A stretch of 64,000 nucleotides of DNA from positions 1 to 64,000 of the IMG/VR virus record IMGVR_UViG_3300009146_000001. One strand, written 5' to 3'. A program made the position numbers and the translations under genes. Every line of letters begins with the position of its first letter. Position 1 is the stretch's first letter. This DNA is from a virus. The notes beneath the pieces are model-generated. The model ran no database searches and was not told the origin of the DNA. It saw nothing but the letters and a program-made list of their open reading frames with translations. Of the stretch, positions 29,537 through 38,841 are shown one piece after another.

Positions 29537-29576
29537 AGATTTACTTGGTGTGGTTTCCCACACATGGTTGTTTGGG

Positions 29577-29810
29577 TCAAGGAACTTCGTCAGTGAGATC
29601 TGGTATTTCCTGCGGGCTTTCCCGGATGGCCCATTCGCAGGTAACTTCGCCCCGTGCGATGAGGCGGATAAGTGCCATGGTCTTGCGTCGGCCGGTCTTC
29701 GGGCCAGTCGGAGCGACCGGAACACCTAGCTCCCCGGCAATGATTTCAAGATTCTCCAGCTCCCTAAGGGACATCCCAATTTGTAAAACGGTAGTGTTGC
29801 TGTTGCTCAT
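29577..29810 (-). CDS. Small RHH-like regulator
   Basis: LQIGMSLRELENLEIIAGELG...LIRLIARGE. Confidence 0.5.
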   Translation of the reverse strand: MSNSNTTVLQIGMSLRELENLEIIAGELGVPVAPTGPKTGRRKTMALIRLIARGEVTCEWAIRESPQEIPDLTDEVP

Positions 29811-29861
29811 GTCTATCGCCTCCATGGTTCTCCGCTGCGTCCGACTGGGTACAAATCCCCC

Positions 29862-30215
29862 ATGAAAAATGGCCACCGGCCCAAACCGGAGGAGAATGGG
29901 CTCCCACCTTGGGCGTTGCCTGATCCCATTCCGATAGGTGGCAGGCCGGTAGTAGTGCCCCTTGGGGAGCAACGGCTTTCCTTGGGCATCCAACTCTCGG
30001 CCGCCCAGAATAGGCAGCTCCACCAGATCGCCTATGATTTTGGCTATCTTTACGCCAACAGGCCCAGCCTTACCCAACTTATGAGGGCCATTGCCGACGG
30101 GGAGATGGTTGTCGTGCCGCGACATATGATCGTGAACCTTGACGAACTCTGGGTCATCAAGGCGGGGCGGCCTCCAGAAGATATCCCTCACCCGACTGAC
30201 GAATTCCCGCCTTGA
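29862..30215 (+). CDS. RHH-like regulator, divergent paralogue of 29577-29810
   Basis: LGIQLSAAQNRQLHQIAYDFG...LMRAIADGE. Confidence 0.5.
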   Translation: MKNGHRPKPEENGLPPWALPDPIPIGGRPVVVPLGEQRLSLGIQLSAAQNRQLHQIAYDFGYLYANRPSLTQLMRAIADGEMVVVPRHMIVNLDELWVIKAGRPPEDIPHPTDEFPP

Positions 30216-31239
30216 CCCCGCCGGGAATCAAGGCCGCCGCCAGACCTTCCCCGATCCAGACGCAAGCGAGGTATCCGCCGGAGGGGCCGATCCGTGCGTG
30301 GCCGCGAACTCTGGCGAGAACCCGACTGGCGGGCTCGGTGCGGCAGACAACCCGCCACGGCTGAACCCCTTCCCTGCGGCGACCGACCGGAACGTGCGTA
30401 TCGAACGGGATCAGGCTCTGGTCACCAAGGTGAAGCCGGTCACCGTCGAAGCTGACCTCCACGCAGTCGCCAGCCGCCTTCGCCATCATCTCGCTGACGG
30501 CCTCGCCCTCCACCATCACCCAGTCCATGGCGTTGACGCTCTGCGAAACCTTGTCCCATGAGGACTTGTGCCCGTTTTCGCAATGACTGATGCGGTAGGC
30601 GCAGAAGCTGTCGCGCACCACGAGGTCATGGTCCTCGAACTGGATCCTCGGCTCCACGCACCGACCAAGTTCGGACAGGATCGCCGACTTGGTGATGCAA
30701 CTCAGCTTTTCCGGGCTCCGGTGACGATAGGCAATCTCAACCCCAGTGCCGCCAACCGTGCTGAAGCCCAGACTGGACCCGCCACAGAACACCTCCGTGA
30801 ATGGATCCTCCGCCTTGAGCACGACGGCGAGTCCCACGTAGTCGCGTGGGCTTATTTCGAAGATGCGGCGGTCCCCGGAGAACTTGATGAGGCCATGCCC
30901 GTGCTTCATCGGTCTAGCCTTGATTTCCGCCCTGATCCCGTTGCGCAAGACCGAGAGGACACCGGGCTTATCCTGCTCGATGAACAACTCCTCGCAGCTC
31001 CGGTCGCAGACCGTCAGAAATTCAAGCAGAGGCACTGTGCATTTACCGGATTCCGCTACCGCTACGAAATCCTTGGCTGCCTGAACGTCAACGCCATCGG
31101 CGGTGGCGGTGAAAACGACGCCACCCCCTTTTCTGGCTTCGATATCCACGACCGGAGCTGGAGAACCTGCCGCCCGCACGAAACGGAGCATCCCCTTGAG
31201 GGAGCTGACCAATTCCCGGCGGATGACCATAAACTTCAC
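30157..31239 (-). CDS. DNA polymerase III beta-clamp-like protein
   Basis: GTG start (GTGA overlap), 360 aa. N-terminus MKFMVIRRELVSSL...FTAT...GKCTVP parallels the first domain of DnaN. Confidence 0.55.
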   Translation of the reverse strand: MKFMVIRRELVSSLKGMLRFVRAAGSPAPVVDIEARKGGGVVFTATADGVDVQAAKDFVAVAESGKCTVPLLEFLTVCDRSCEELFIEQDKPGVLSVLRNGIRAEIKARPMKHGHGLIKFSGDRRIFEISPRDYVGLAVVLKAEDPFTEVFCGGSSLGFSTVGGTGVEIAYRHRSPEKLSCITKSAILSELGRCVEPRIQFEDHDLVVRDSFCAYRISHCENGHKSSWDKVSQSVNAMDWVMVEGEAVSEMMAKAAGDCVEVSFDGDRLHLGDQSLIPFDTHVPVGRRREGVQPWRVVCRTEPASRVLARVRGHARIGPSGGYLACVWIGEGLAAALIPGGVKAGIRQSGEGYLLEAAPP

Positions 31240-31670
31240 AGCGTTGTCTCCAAGCCGACCCGGACCAGCACCCCCTCCTCGCCGGAAGTCACCATCTGGC
31301 CATATTCCCACACGACCCTCGGGTCATTGTCCTTGATTCCGACAATCTCGGCGATGCCATCGACGAATGCCTTCAGGGAGGCTCGGAGGTTGTCATGATC
31401 GTCGAGGAGTCGGCGTCGGAGCTGGACGATGGTGACGACAAGACGTGCCGTGCCGCCTCTAGAATTGCCAGAAGACTTGTGTCGGGTTCGTGGACGATCC
31501 TTTGGACCGCCCTTTTGGCGTCGGACCACGCCCCGACCTTCGATTTGACCCCTTTGATCCGATTGGGGCTGCGCGGCTTCCACGGGACGAAGCCGACTCT
31601 TGTGAGTATAACCTTGCGGCCCGAGGACGTAGCCATTGTCGGTCAATTTCTTGATGAATTCCGGAATCAT
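31236..31670 (-). CDS. RusA-like Holliday junction resolvase
   Basis: RRRLLDDHDNL...KAFVDG...IKDND. Confidence 0.7.
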   Translation of the reverse strand: MIPEFIKKLTDNGYVLGPQGYTHKSRLRPVEAAQPQSDQRGQIEGRGVVRRQKGGPKDRPRTRHKSSGNSRGGTARLVVTIVQLRRRLLDDHDNLRASLKAFVDGIAEIVGIKDNDPRVVWEYGQMVTSGEEGVLVRVGLETTL

Positions 31671-31936
31671 GGAGGATCCTCACCCAGTTCGTCCTCCGGC
31701 CGCCACTCGCCCCGGAAAACCGGGACGGCAACGGTCGTATCCTCGAAGAGAAGCCCGATCATAGGGCCGCCAAGATCCCATCCGAGCGTGGCATGGTTAT
31801 GTTTGGCGTGATCGAGTAAGGTTTGCCTCACCATCCGGGTGCCGCTCTTGAGCCAAGTCCCGCCGGGGAAGTTTATCAGTGTTTCTTCCTTACTTGCTGA
31901 GGCATCGGGGTTTACTGCACGACTACGGGGGCGCAT
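31667..31936 (-). CDS. Hypothetical protein; start uncertain
   Basis: Fills the operon gap. Confidence 0.4.
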   Translation of the reverse strand: MRPRSRAVNPDASASKEETLINFPGGTWLKSGTRMVRQTLLDHAKHNHATLGWDLGGPMIGLLFEDTTVAVPVFRGEWRPEDELGEDPP

Positions 31937-32516
31937 CTTCGGTGTTTCTCCAATGATTGTGAACGTGGACCCCGGAGCGGTCCAGATATCTCCGGAGGAT
32001 CGTTCTGGTTTCGTTGTACGGACGTAATTTTCGCACGGTCTGGCCATCCATCCGGCGCGTGGTCAGGAAAACCGACAGGAGTTCCTCTTTGAGTTCGAGG
32101 ATTTTGGCCCCGGAGCCCTTCTTGTGGGCGACCAGAGCCGCAAACCGGGCTGTGATGGGTCCAACCTTCTCGATTGCCACGGCTTGGAGCTTCGTAATCT
32201 CGGCAACCTCCTCCTTCTCCTCCATCGCCTTGCCGAAAAGTCGTTCCAGACGGCCACGGAAGCCAGAGATGAGCCGGTCGGCGTCACTTTCGAGATCCCG
32301 GAGGGTGTGCCGCCACTCCGCGCAGTCCTCGCAGACGATAATCCGGGACAGTTGCTCAATCGCCGGGTTCAACTTGAAGGCCCGGAGGTCAACTTCAGGC
32401 CGGATCGCCTTCCCGCAGTCCTTGCAGGTGTCCGGGTAGGAGTACATCTCCGGCTTGGTGGCCACGGGAACGGGGATCTGCGCGCCCCTGAGGGCTTCAG
32501 CAGCAGTTTTCACCAT
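31923..32516 (-). CDS. Zinc-finger protein, replication module
   Basis: CKDC...CEDC. Confidence 0.55.
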   Translation of the reverse strand: MVKTAAEALRGAQIPVPVATKPEMYSYPDTCKDCGKAIRPEVDLRAFKLNPAIEQLSRIIVCEDCAEWRHTLRDLESDADRLISGFRGRLERLFGKAMEEKEEVAEITKLQAVAIEKVGPITARFAALVAHKKGSGAKILELKEELLSVFLTTRRMDGQTVRKLRPYNETRTILRRYLDRSGVHVHNHWRNTEDAPP

Positions 32517-32995
32517 GCCCCCTGATCTTTTGCCCGCAGGTACGCCGCACGCGCCTGAGCGGTTGCGTCGGCGGGCAGTCGTCGGCTGAGGTCGGGCAGA
32601 ACCGCCCGCCTCCAGTGTTTGGCAAGAGCGTTTACGGTCATAGCATTCTTCGGCCAGTGGGTTAACAGGTTCCGCCAACGGTGGATGATGTCCTCCGGCA
32701 TGACGCCGGGCTCGATCTGGCGGATGTCCTTTAGGATTTTCGCGTACCGGGAAACTTCGGGGCCTCCAACCGAGCATACCTGCTCGCCAGCCTCACACGT
32801 CGCCAGCGCGCAGATGAGAGCGTCGTTGGCACGCTGGGCCTCGGTGCGCTTCTCGGGCTCAGGCGGATTGTCCGGCAACGGGAGGGACTTAAACGGACGG
32901 CCCTTCTTGTTGCGCAGAGACCTTTCGATGTCGTCCAGCCGTTGCTCGATCCTGACGAGGACAAAGAGGATTTGCTGGTAGGGCTCGGCTTCCAT
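32510..32995 (-). CDS. Possible replication initiator-like protein
   Basis: C-terminal TVNALAKHW helix resembles phage initiator C-domains; follows the SSB-like gene. Confidence 0.4.
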   Translation of the reverse strand: MEAEPYQQILFVLVRIEQRLDDIERSLRNKKGRPFKSLPLPDNPPEPEKRTEAQRANDALICALATCEAGEQVCSVGGPEVSRYAKILKDIRQIEPGVMPEDIIHRWRNLLTHWPKNAMTVNALAKHWRRAVLPDLSRRLPADATAQARAAYLRAKDQGAW

Positions 32996-32996
32996 A

Positions 32997-33593
32997 TCAG
33001 AAAGGCGGCTCGTCATCGTCCTCGTTGATCGCGCCACGCTGCTGCTCGGGCGGAGTCGCTCCCTCCTGATTGATGGCCCACGCCTTGATCGCCCCGTCCC
33101 AAAGGAAGTTGAGGAGGTCGGTGTCGTCCCAGACCTTGACCCCCTTCACCGTCAACTCCTTGAGCCGGGGAAGTTCCTCCTTCGTGTACGCGGCAGGAAT
33201 GCGGGCCTTCTGCTGCATCATCGTCCACCCGCGCCTGATCTTGTCCGGCTGATCCTCCGGCGTGAATGCGTAGGGCCGGAAAGCCACCGGCACCTCGGGA
33301 TCAAAGTTGGGATAGCAGGACAGGAACCCGGTCGTGTACCGGGACGACCACGGCACCTTAATGATGTCGCTGCCGTCCAGCTCAATCATGAGCTGCTTAC
33401 CGAACTTTGAATCCTGCGCCTCAAAGTGGGAGATCACCCCTTCGAGCTGGTCGTAGTATTTCTCCCAGACTTCCTTGCCGAGTTTGTTGGTCCGCCTGAA
33501 TGCGCCCAGCGCATTGGCTTGAGTCCGGGTGGCGAACCGTCCGGAATATATGGTCCAGTACGTCCGCCGTTCGTAATCACTTGCTGTTGCCAT
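32997..33593 (-). CDS. Single-stranded DNA-binding-like protein
   Basis: Aromatic beta-rich core; acidic tail EDDDEPPF. Confidence 0.6.
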   Translation of the reverse strand: MATASDYERRTYWTIYSGRFATRTQANALGAFRRTNKLGKEVWEKYYDQLEGVISHFEAQDSKFGKQLMIELDGSDIIKVPWSSRYTTGFLSCYPNFDPEVPVAFRPYAFTPEDQPDKIRRGWTMMQQKARIPAAYTKEELPRLKELTVKGVKVWDDTDLLNFLWDGAIKAWAINQEGATPPEQQRGAINEDDDEPPF

Positions 33594-33972
33594 GTGGTGC
33601 TTTGGATGATGCTTTTGCCCAGTTGTAGAAAGTGGAGCGGGAGATCCCGGCCTCCCGGCAGTATGCGACCACGGTCTTCTTGCGTTCCGCGCCGGTCTTC
33701 CCATACCGGACTCCGTGGGCGCAGCCGCAGGACCGGGTGTTGCCAGTGCGCAGATTGTTCAGGCGAACCTCAACCGACCGGCCGCAAGCGCACAGGCACT
33801 TCGCCATCGACACGCGCCGATTCCCGGAAGACTGTCTTGGGAGGATACCCGTGACCGTGAGGCGACCGAAGACCGAGCCAGCCCACCTGTTCTCCTGCTT
33901 GCGCCAGTACCGCTTCCAATACTCCGCCATCGCCTTGCGACGCTTCCAGTGGATGGTTTTCTTTTCCGTCAT
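33577..33972 (-). CDS. Zn-binding + HTH protein derived from a homing-endonuclease scaffold
   Basis: FGRLTV...CLCACG...LRTGNTRSCGC then CREAGISRSTFYNW. Confidence 0.7.
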   Translation of the reverse strand: MTEKKTIHWKRRKAMAEYWKRYWRKQENRWAGSVFGRLTVTGILPRQSSGNRRVSMAKCLCACGRSVEVRLNNLRTGNTRSCGCAHGVRYGKTGAERKKTVVAYCREAGISRSTFYNWAKASSKAPHGNSK

Positions 33973-34031
33973 AAGGTGCCGCGAGGATCGGACTCAACGG
34001 CCACCTTGTCAAGCGTAAGTTCACTAATACC

Positions 34032-35327
34032 TCAGGCGGGCACCTTCGTATTTCCGCATGCCTTTAGCGCGGTTTCCCACCGACTGATATTCCCCAGCTT
34101 CCCGGCACCGATAGTCTTGCCAAGGCCCTCAAGCATCTGACGCCGCGCTTGCCAGACCTCAGGATCATTCCATTGTTTCCCACGACTGCCGCAGAAATCG
34201 GAGAACGCAAGGATGTCGCGGATGAACCCGTAGATTTCCCTCCCCTCCGGATCGTTGCCAGTGAATACCTCCCATCCTGCCGCCGGGGTAATAATCCATC
34301 CACTCTGCTGAACTGCGTGCTTGGCCACGCCATCCCTATCCAGAGGGCGTCCATTGAGTAAGTCCTGCGCCTTGGACCGATGAAGAACCTGCTGGGGCTC
34401 CTCGGCGATTTTCCTCCACTTGGCGATTTCGAAGCACCCCTTCTCAACGAAGAACTCCACCGCATTGTCTGCCAGTTCCGGCACGAACTGACCAAGGTGA
34501 ATCGCATTCCTGTGGACATTATAGGCAACTCGCTTGCCATCCATGATCATACTATCTGCCTCGGCACGAAACTCCGGCGGAAGTACGGCATGCATTCGAG
34601 CGTAACGTGGCCAATCCTTCCCGATCACCTTTTTCATATTGTCAGTGAGATCAGATGGCAACTTATCCACAAGCCTACTGGCCTTGTTCTGTTCCCTCTT
34701 CTCTATTCTTCCCTTAGATATGGGTGGAGGTTGCTTGGCCACGTAGAGTTTTTTCTTGCCATCGGGCTCCGTCACAGACCGTACTCGTAATTCACCACTG
34801 ATTAGTTTGTCAGGGATACTTGGATCTTTCTCGGCAGCCTTGGCGGCAGCTTGTACGAGGTCTCTACTGGCCCCCACAACAGCGGCAGCTTGTTCGATGG
34901 CTTTGCCGGAATCGGGTAGTACTCCGGGAGTGCTACCCGATTCTTTGTATGACTCACTCTTCTTGTCCCCGCCGCCAGCCTTCATCCTCTCCGCCGCCTG
35001 TTTCTTATAGTAGGGAAGTATCTTAACTGCGACGCCTGCCTTCTGGCTGGCATTGAGATGCCTCCGACTGAGGTTGGCCCTTAGCGCGAAAGCAAAAATG
35101 GCTTCCTCGCTCTCGAAGTCGATGTTGTTCCATGCGGGCTCTATGCCGAGTCTCTGCGCCATCTCAAGGCGATTACGCCCATCCACAAGCACGGTCTCTC
35201 CGCCGATCTTGGTCGTGGTGATCGGGAACGCCGGGTCGAATCCATTCTTCTTCATGTCCTTCTCCATCTCAAGGAAGTCATCGCCTTCGATTGCCGGGAA
35301 CAATGTAACTACAGCGTGGTATTTCAT
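34032..35327 (-). CDS. ParB/Srx N-terminal domain protein
   Basis: PI...LVDGRNRL...NLSRRHLNASQKA plus HTH-like EQAAAVVGASRDLV. Confidence 0.8.
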   Translation of the reverse strand: MKYHAVVTLFPAIEGDDFLEMEKDMKKNGFDPAFPITTTKIGGETVLVDGRNRLEMAQRLGIEPAWNNIDFESEEAIFAFALRANLSRRHLNASQKAGVAVKILPYYKKQAAERMKAGGGDKKSESYKESGSTPGVLPDSGKAIEQAAAVVGASRDLVQAAAKAAEKDPSIPDKLISGELRVRSVTEPDGKKKLYVAKQPPPISKGRIEKREQNKASRLVDKLPSDLTDNMKKVIGKDWPRYARMHAVLPPEFRAEADSMIMDGKRVAYNVHRNAIHLGQFVPELADNAVEFFVEKGCFEIAKWRKIAEEPQQVLHRSKAQDLLNGRPLDRDGVAKHAVQQSGWIITPAAGWEVFTGNDPEGREIYGFIRDILAFSDFCGSRGKQWNDPEVWQARRQMLEGLGKTIGAGKLGNISRWETALKACGNTKVPA

Positions 35328-35333
35328 TTGGTG

Positions 35334-35366
35334 AAAAAAGGGGCGGCCCCCGTGAGGAAGCCGCCC
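35334..35366 (-). terminator. Intrinsic terminator between the two ParB-like genes
   Basis: GGGCGGC...GCCGCCC stem followed by CTTTTTT on the - strand. Confidence 0.7.
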
Positions 35367-35387
35367 GGTGCTAATCTCAGGATCTAA

Positions 35388-36347
35388 TTAGGCGGCTGCG
35401 GCCAAAGGCGGAGGAACTGCAACCGCGCTGGGTTCGGTGCTCGGCCACGAAGGGACACTCACCTTGCCCTTCTTGTTCTTGCCCCTGACCAGAGCCTTGA
35501 TGGTCTTCGATCCGGGACCACCCTTCGCGAAGTGCGTGAAGCACTCGACGAGTGCGGCCCACCGATGGCGAGACGTATATCCCGATGACGCTTCCTCGCG
35601 TGCCTTGATGAGTTCGTTGCCAAGGCGGCTCGGAACTGAACCGTCGTCCTCATTGGCCACGAGCGCGTCAAGGAACGACTCGATGGTCGCCACGGGGCAT
35701 CCTGCACGGATCGCGCTGTAATGCCACGCCGCCACCTCGCGATTGGTGACGACATCGGAGTTGGGGTACTTGTTGAAGAGCGCCGTAGTAAACGCAACGC
35801 TCGCCTTGAGTTCTGCCTCATGCAGCGCCGAGTAGGTGACAACGTCGAATACCGAGACGTTCCCCTTCGATTCACCGATCCGAAGGATCAGCGTGACAGC
35901 ACCAGAGACGATGTCGCTGTTGCTGACCTTGCGAAGCGAGAGAGCCTCGCTCGGAGTTCGGCGGCGACCCGGACCGTCGATGAAGATGATCGCATCCTCC
36001 GGAAAATTCGGAATGATGACGACATCGAGGGTATAGCCCGCCTTCACGGCGGCGTCGAGCCGGTGCTGGCCATCAGCCAGACCTTTTCCCGGATAGAACC
36101 GGATCGCATCTCCGGTATAGGTCCACTCGCCGCGCTTCATGACATCGGCGTAGTGCGTTGAGGTGACAGCAAACAACGGCCGGTTGTGGCGGTTGTAATC
36201 CCGGAGGATGACCGCTGCCATCTCCGGCGTGATTTGAACCCGCTTCGGATCGTTGCCCGCAAGGATCGCGACGAGGAGTTCAGGGGTGAGGGTGGGAACA
36301 ACTGGAGCAGTCGGAACTGCAACCGACGGAACTGTGGATACACTCAT
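35388..36347 (-). CDS. ParB-like protein (second family)
   Basis: ITPEMA...NRP...YADVMKRGEW...LADGQHRLDA. Confidence 0.8.
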   Translation of the reverse strand: MSVSTVPSVAVPTAPVVPTLTPELLVAILAGNDPKRVQITPEMAAVILRDYNRHNRPLFAVTSTHYADVMKRGEWTYTGDAIRFYPGKGLADGQHRLDAAVKAGYTLDVVIIPNFPEDAIIFIDGPGRRRTPSEALSLRKVSNSDIVSGAVTLILRIGESKGNVSVFDVVTYSALHEAELKASVAFTTALFNKYPNSDVVTNREVAAWHYSAIRAGCPVATIESFLDALVANEDDGSVPSRLGNELIKAREEASSGYTSRHRWAALVECFTHFAKGGPGSKTIKALVRGKNKKGKVSVPSWPSTEPSAVAVPPPLAAAA

Positions 36348-36622
36348 GATGTTCTGCATGCCGGGTATGGGGTTCGCGCTTTGCGCTCGGACAACGGGCA
36401 GCCTTAATTGGCGTTTCGTCATCCACCACACCTGACAGTGCGTAAGGAAACACTGGTGATTCACCGCGTCAACCACTTTCGTGTGGTAATCCACACCAGC
36501 CTTTGGGATTCTTTTCTTGCGATGGAATGTGACCCCATGTACGCAGGTATCGCGCCTCCCGTGGCGCTCTTCATGGACCGGGGGCTGGTTCTCAGGGGTG
36601 CTTGCCAGCTCCCGGTTTATCT

Positions 36623-36808
36623 ATGAAACGGACCACCTGCAAGACACCCCAAGTCCGGCTCGATGAAGACATCGCGGCATGGATCCAGCAGCAGGCGGAC
36701 GCCGAACACCGCAGCTTGGGCCAGATGACGAACCTGCTCATCAGGAGGATGAGGAAGGTGCTCCACGAGAAGAAGGTCGAAGACCAGATGGACCAATTCC
36801 TGCCATGA
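36623..36808 (+). CDS. Arc/ribbon-helix-helix regulator
   Basis: QVRLDEDIAAWIQQQADAEHRSLGQMTNLLI. Confidence 0.75.
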   Translation: MKRTTCKTPQVRLDEDIAAWIQQQADAEHRSLGQMTNLLIRRMRKVLHEKKVEDQMDQFLP

Positions 36809-37050
36809 CCACCAGCGATCAGAAAAACCTCCTTGAGGCGAAGATGAAGGAGGCGATCCAGCTCATCTCCGATCACTGCGACGCCTGCGTGATCATCGCG
36901 TCGTGGGACGACGAGAACGACACCCTGCGGTTCACCAAGAGCCGGGGGAACCTCCATGCCTGCCGCTGGCTGGTCCACGAGGCGGCGATGGAACAAGAGG
37001 AACTCCAGCGGTCGATCACCCGGAAGGCATTCGAGAACCCCGAGGAATGA
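36805..37050 (+). CDS. Hypothetical protein
   Basis: ATGA-coupled. Confidence 0.6.
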   Translation: MTTSDQKNLLEAKMKEAIQLISDHCDACVIIASWDDENDTLRFTKSRGNLHACRWLVHEAAMEQEELQRSITRKAFENPEE

Positions 37051-37283
37051 ACGTGTACGACCTGAATGTTGGCGACGAGGTTGAGAAGATCAGCGGCGAC
37101 TACCGTTTCCGTGGCCACATCGTCTCGGTCTTCCTCAAGCGCAGCGGCCAGACCCGGTACGTCGTCGAGAACCCAGACGGCATCCTCCATATATTCTCAA
37201 GGGGGAATCTCACCCTCGTGAGCCGCAAGCAGCCCGCGACCTACGCCGAGGCGATGGCCAGCTTCCTACCACCCGTCCCATGA
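37047..37283 (+). CDS. Small SH3-like hypothetical protein
   Basis: VGDEVEKISGDYRFRGHIVSVF...RYVVE. Confidence 0.6.
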   Translation: MNVYDLNVGDEVEKISGDYRFRGHIVSVFLKRSGQTRYVVENPDGILHIFSRGNLTLVSRKQPATYAEAMASFLPPVP

Positions 37284-37675
37284 ATCATATCTCCGACTAC
37301 GAAGCCTATTGCCTGAGGTGGTTCCGGGAGAATCCCGGACCCTGCGAGACCACGATCACGCCCATCCACATGGACCCCACCGAAAAAACCGAATACTACT
37401 ACGTCGCCCTGAAAATGACCTTCCCCGAGCTGGTAGAGGCCGAGCTGAAGAACGCCCGCGCCAAGCACCAACCCATCCAGTCGGCCCACGAAGGTTATGC
37501 AGTGATCGCCGAGGAAGTCGAAGAGTTCTGGGACGAGGTGAAGAAGAAGCGGCAGGACCGGGATAAGACCCTCATGCTCCACGAACTCGTCCAGCTCGCC
37601 GCGATGGCGCGTCGCACCGCCGAGGACTGCGGACTCGTCTCCATCGGCAATGCCTCAATGCCCCCGGTGCCATGA
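37280..37675 (+). CDS. MazG-like NTP pyrophosphohydrolase
   Basis: HEGYAVIAEEVEEFWDEV...ELVQLAAM. Confidence 0.65.
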   Translation: MNHISDYEAYCLRWFRENPGPCETTITPIHMDPTEKTEYYYVALKMTFPELVEAELKNARAKHQPIQSAHEGYAVIAEEVEEFWDEVKKKRQDRDKTLMLHELVQLAAMARRTAEDCGLVSIGNASMPPVP

Positions 37676-37953
37676 ACCGACGGGGCTTCATCCGCAACCT
37701 TGCCGGGATCGGTGTCTTCTCGATCCTGCCCGGCGCTGGCCGCATCTGGAAGGCCCGCAGGCCGCACAGCCTGTATGAGCTGATGTTCCTTCCTCAGTTT
37801 CCCCCGTCTCCGCTGCCGCTGGATCTGAAGAAAATCTTCGAAGAGCTGTATGCGCTCAAACGCAGGAGAGAGTTGGAGCGCACTGAGGACGAGATCCGCT
37901 GGTACGCGCCGCCCCTACCTCACCCTTGGGACACGGATATCGCCAGCGGGTAG
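37672..37953 (+). CDS. Small protein with twin-arginine-like N-terminus
   Basis: MNRRGFIRNLAGIG. Confidence 0.5.
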   Translation: MNRRGFIRNLAGIGVFSILPGAGRIWKARRPHSLYELMFLPQFPPSPLPLDLKKIFEELYALKRRRELERTEDEIRWYAPPLPHPWDTDIASG

Positions 37954-38115
37954 GACGCCGATCAGCCAGAGGATCCAGATCACAAGGAGCACGACGACGA
38001 CGATGTTCAGGAGCTTCTTGATGTTCGCCTGCATCGGGATGTAGGTGTTCACCGCCCACATCAGAACCCCGATGAGGACGATGATGACGATCAGGGAGAT
38101 GATGCTCACGCCCAT
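37915..38115 (-). CDS. Two-TM small membrane protein (Thivi_2564-like)
   Basis: IVLIGVLMWAVNTYIPMQANIKKLLNIVVVVLLVIWIL. Confidence 0.7.
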   Translation of the reverse strand: MGVSIISLIVIIVLIGVLMWAVNTYIPMQANIKKLLNIVVVVLLVIWILWLIGVLPAGDIRVPRVR

Positions 38116-38135
38116 CGTTTACCACGGTGGTCCCT

Positions 38136-38191
38136 GAAAAGAAATGACCCCGATCCCACTAGCGGAAAATCCGCTAGCAGAACCGGGGTCA
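38136..38191 (-). terminator. Long G-U-containing hairpin/terminator with a box B copy at its core
   Basis: TGACCCCGGTTCTGCTAGCGG-ATTTT-CCGCTAGTGGGATCGGGGTCA then TTTCTTTTC on the - strand. Confidence 0.65.
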
Positions 38192-38211
38192 CCCAAGGGC
38201 GGAGTTGTGAT

Positions 38212-38787
38212 CTACCGCTTAGGCTGTGCTCCGGGGGCGATGGGCTGGTCGGGCCGCACGGGGGGAGTAGGAAGAGGCTGGCCGCCAACTACCTGCTCGA
38301 CCCAAGCCCACTTGAAGTTGCCGGGGCCGATGGCGACCAGAGCCTTCGTGTAGGTCTTCACCGGGTCAGGCTTGTCTCCTTCGGGAGGAGGAGAAACCGA
38401 TTGCTGCCCAGTGGCAGGCGAGATAAGCCACGGCAGGAGCCAGAGAAGAGGATGGCGAGGACCGGGATGACCGACACCCCAGCCGGGATCAACCGGGCCT
38501 TCACCGAACGGAGGGGGAAGCTCATTATTCGGTCGGTCCGGGCGTCCCCCGCCCCACCAAGGATGACCGCCGCCACCGGGGAGTTCGTTGCTCGGTCGGT
38601 CGGGACGCTGGCCACCCCACCAAGGATGACCGCCGCCACCCTCTGGGCGACCATAGCCGGGATCAACCGGACCGCCGCCCCATCCGGGGAGGGCGTTACT
38701 GGGATAGTTGGGAGGACCGGGAGGAAGCCCTTGATCGGGACGACTGCCATCGGGAACTGGGACAAGATAATACGCTTGAGGAGGCAT
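38212..38787 (-). CDS. Pro/Gly-rich repeat protein
   Basis: PVDPG and GGGHPWWG..RPDRPxNELP repeats; 26-bp DNA repeat at 38552-38577 and 38615-38640. Confidence 0.7.
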   Translation of the reverse strand: MPPQAYYLVPVPDGSRPDQGLPPGPPNYPSNALPGWGGGPVDPGYGRPEGGGGHPWWGGQRPDRPSNELPGGGGHPWWGGGRPDRPNNELPPPFGEGPVDPGWGVGHPGPRHPLLWLLPWLISPATGQQSVSPPPEGDKPDPVKTYTKALVAIGPGNFKWAWVEQVVGGQPLPTPPVRPDQPIAPGAQPKR

Positions 38788-38841
38788 GGATTTCCTTTTG
38801 TTTTCTGAAATTGGCTGGAGTGAAGACTACATGATGTGGCT

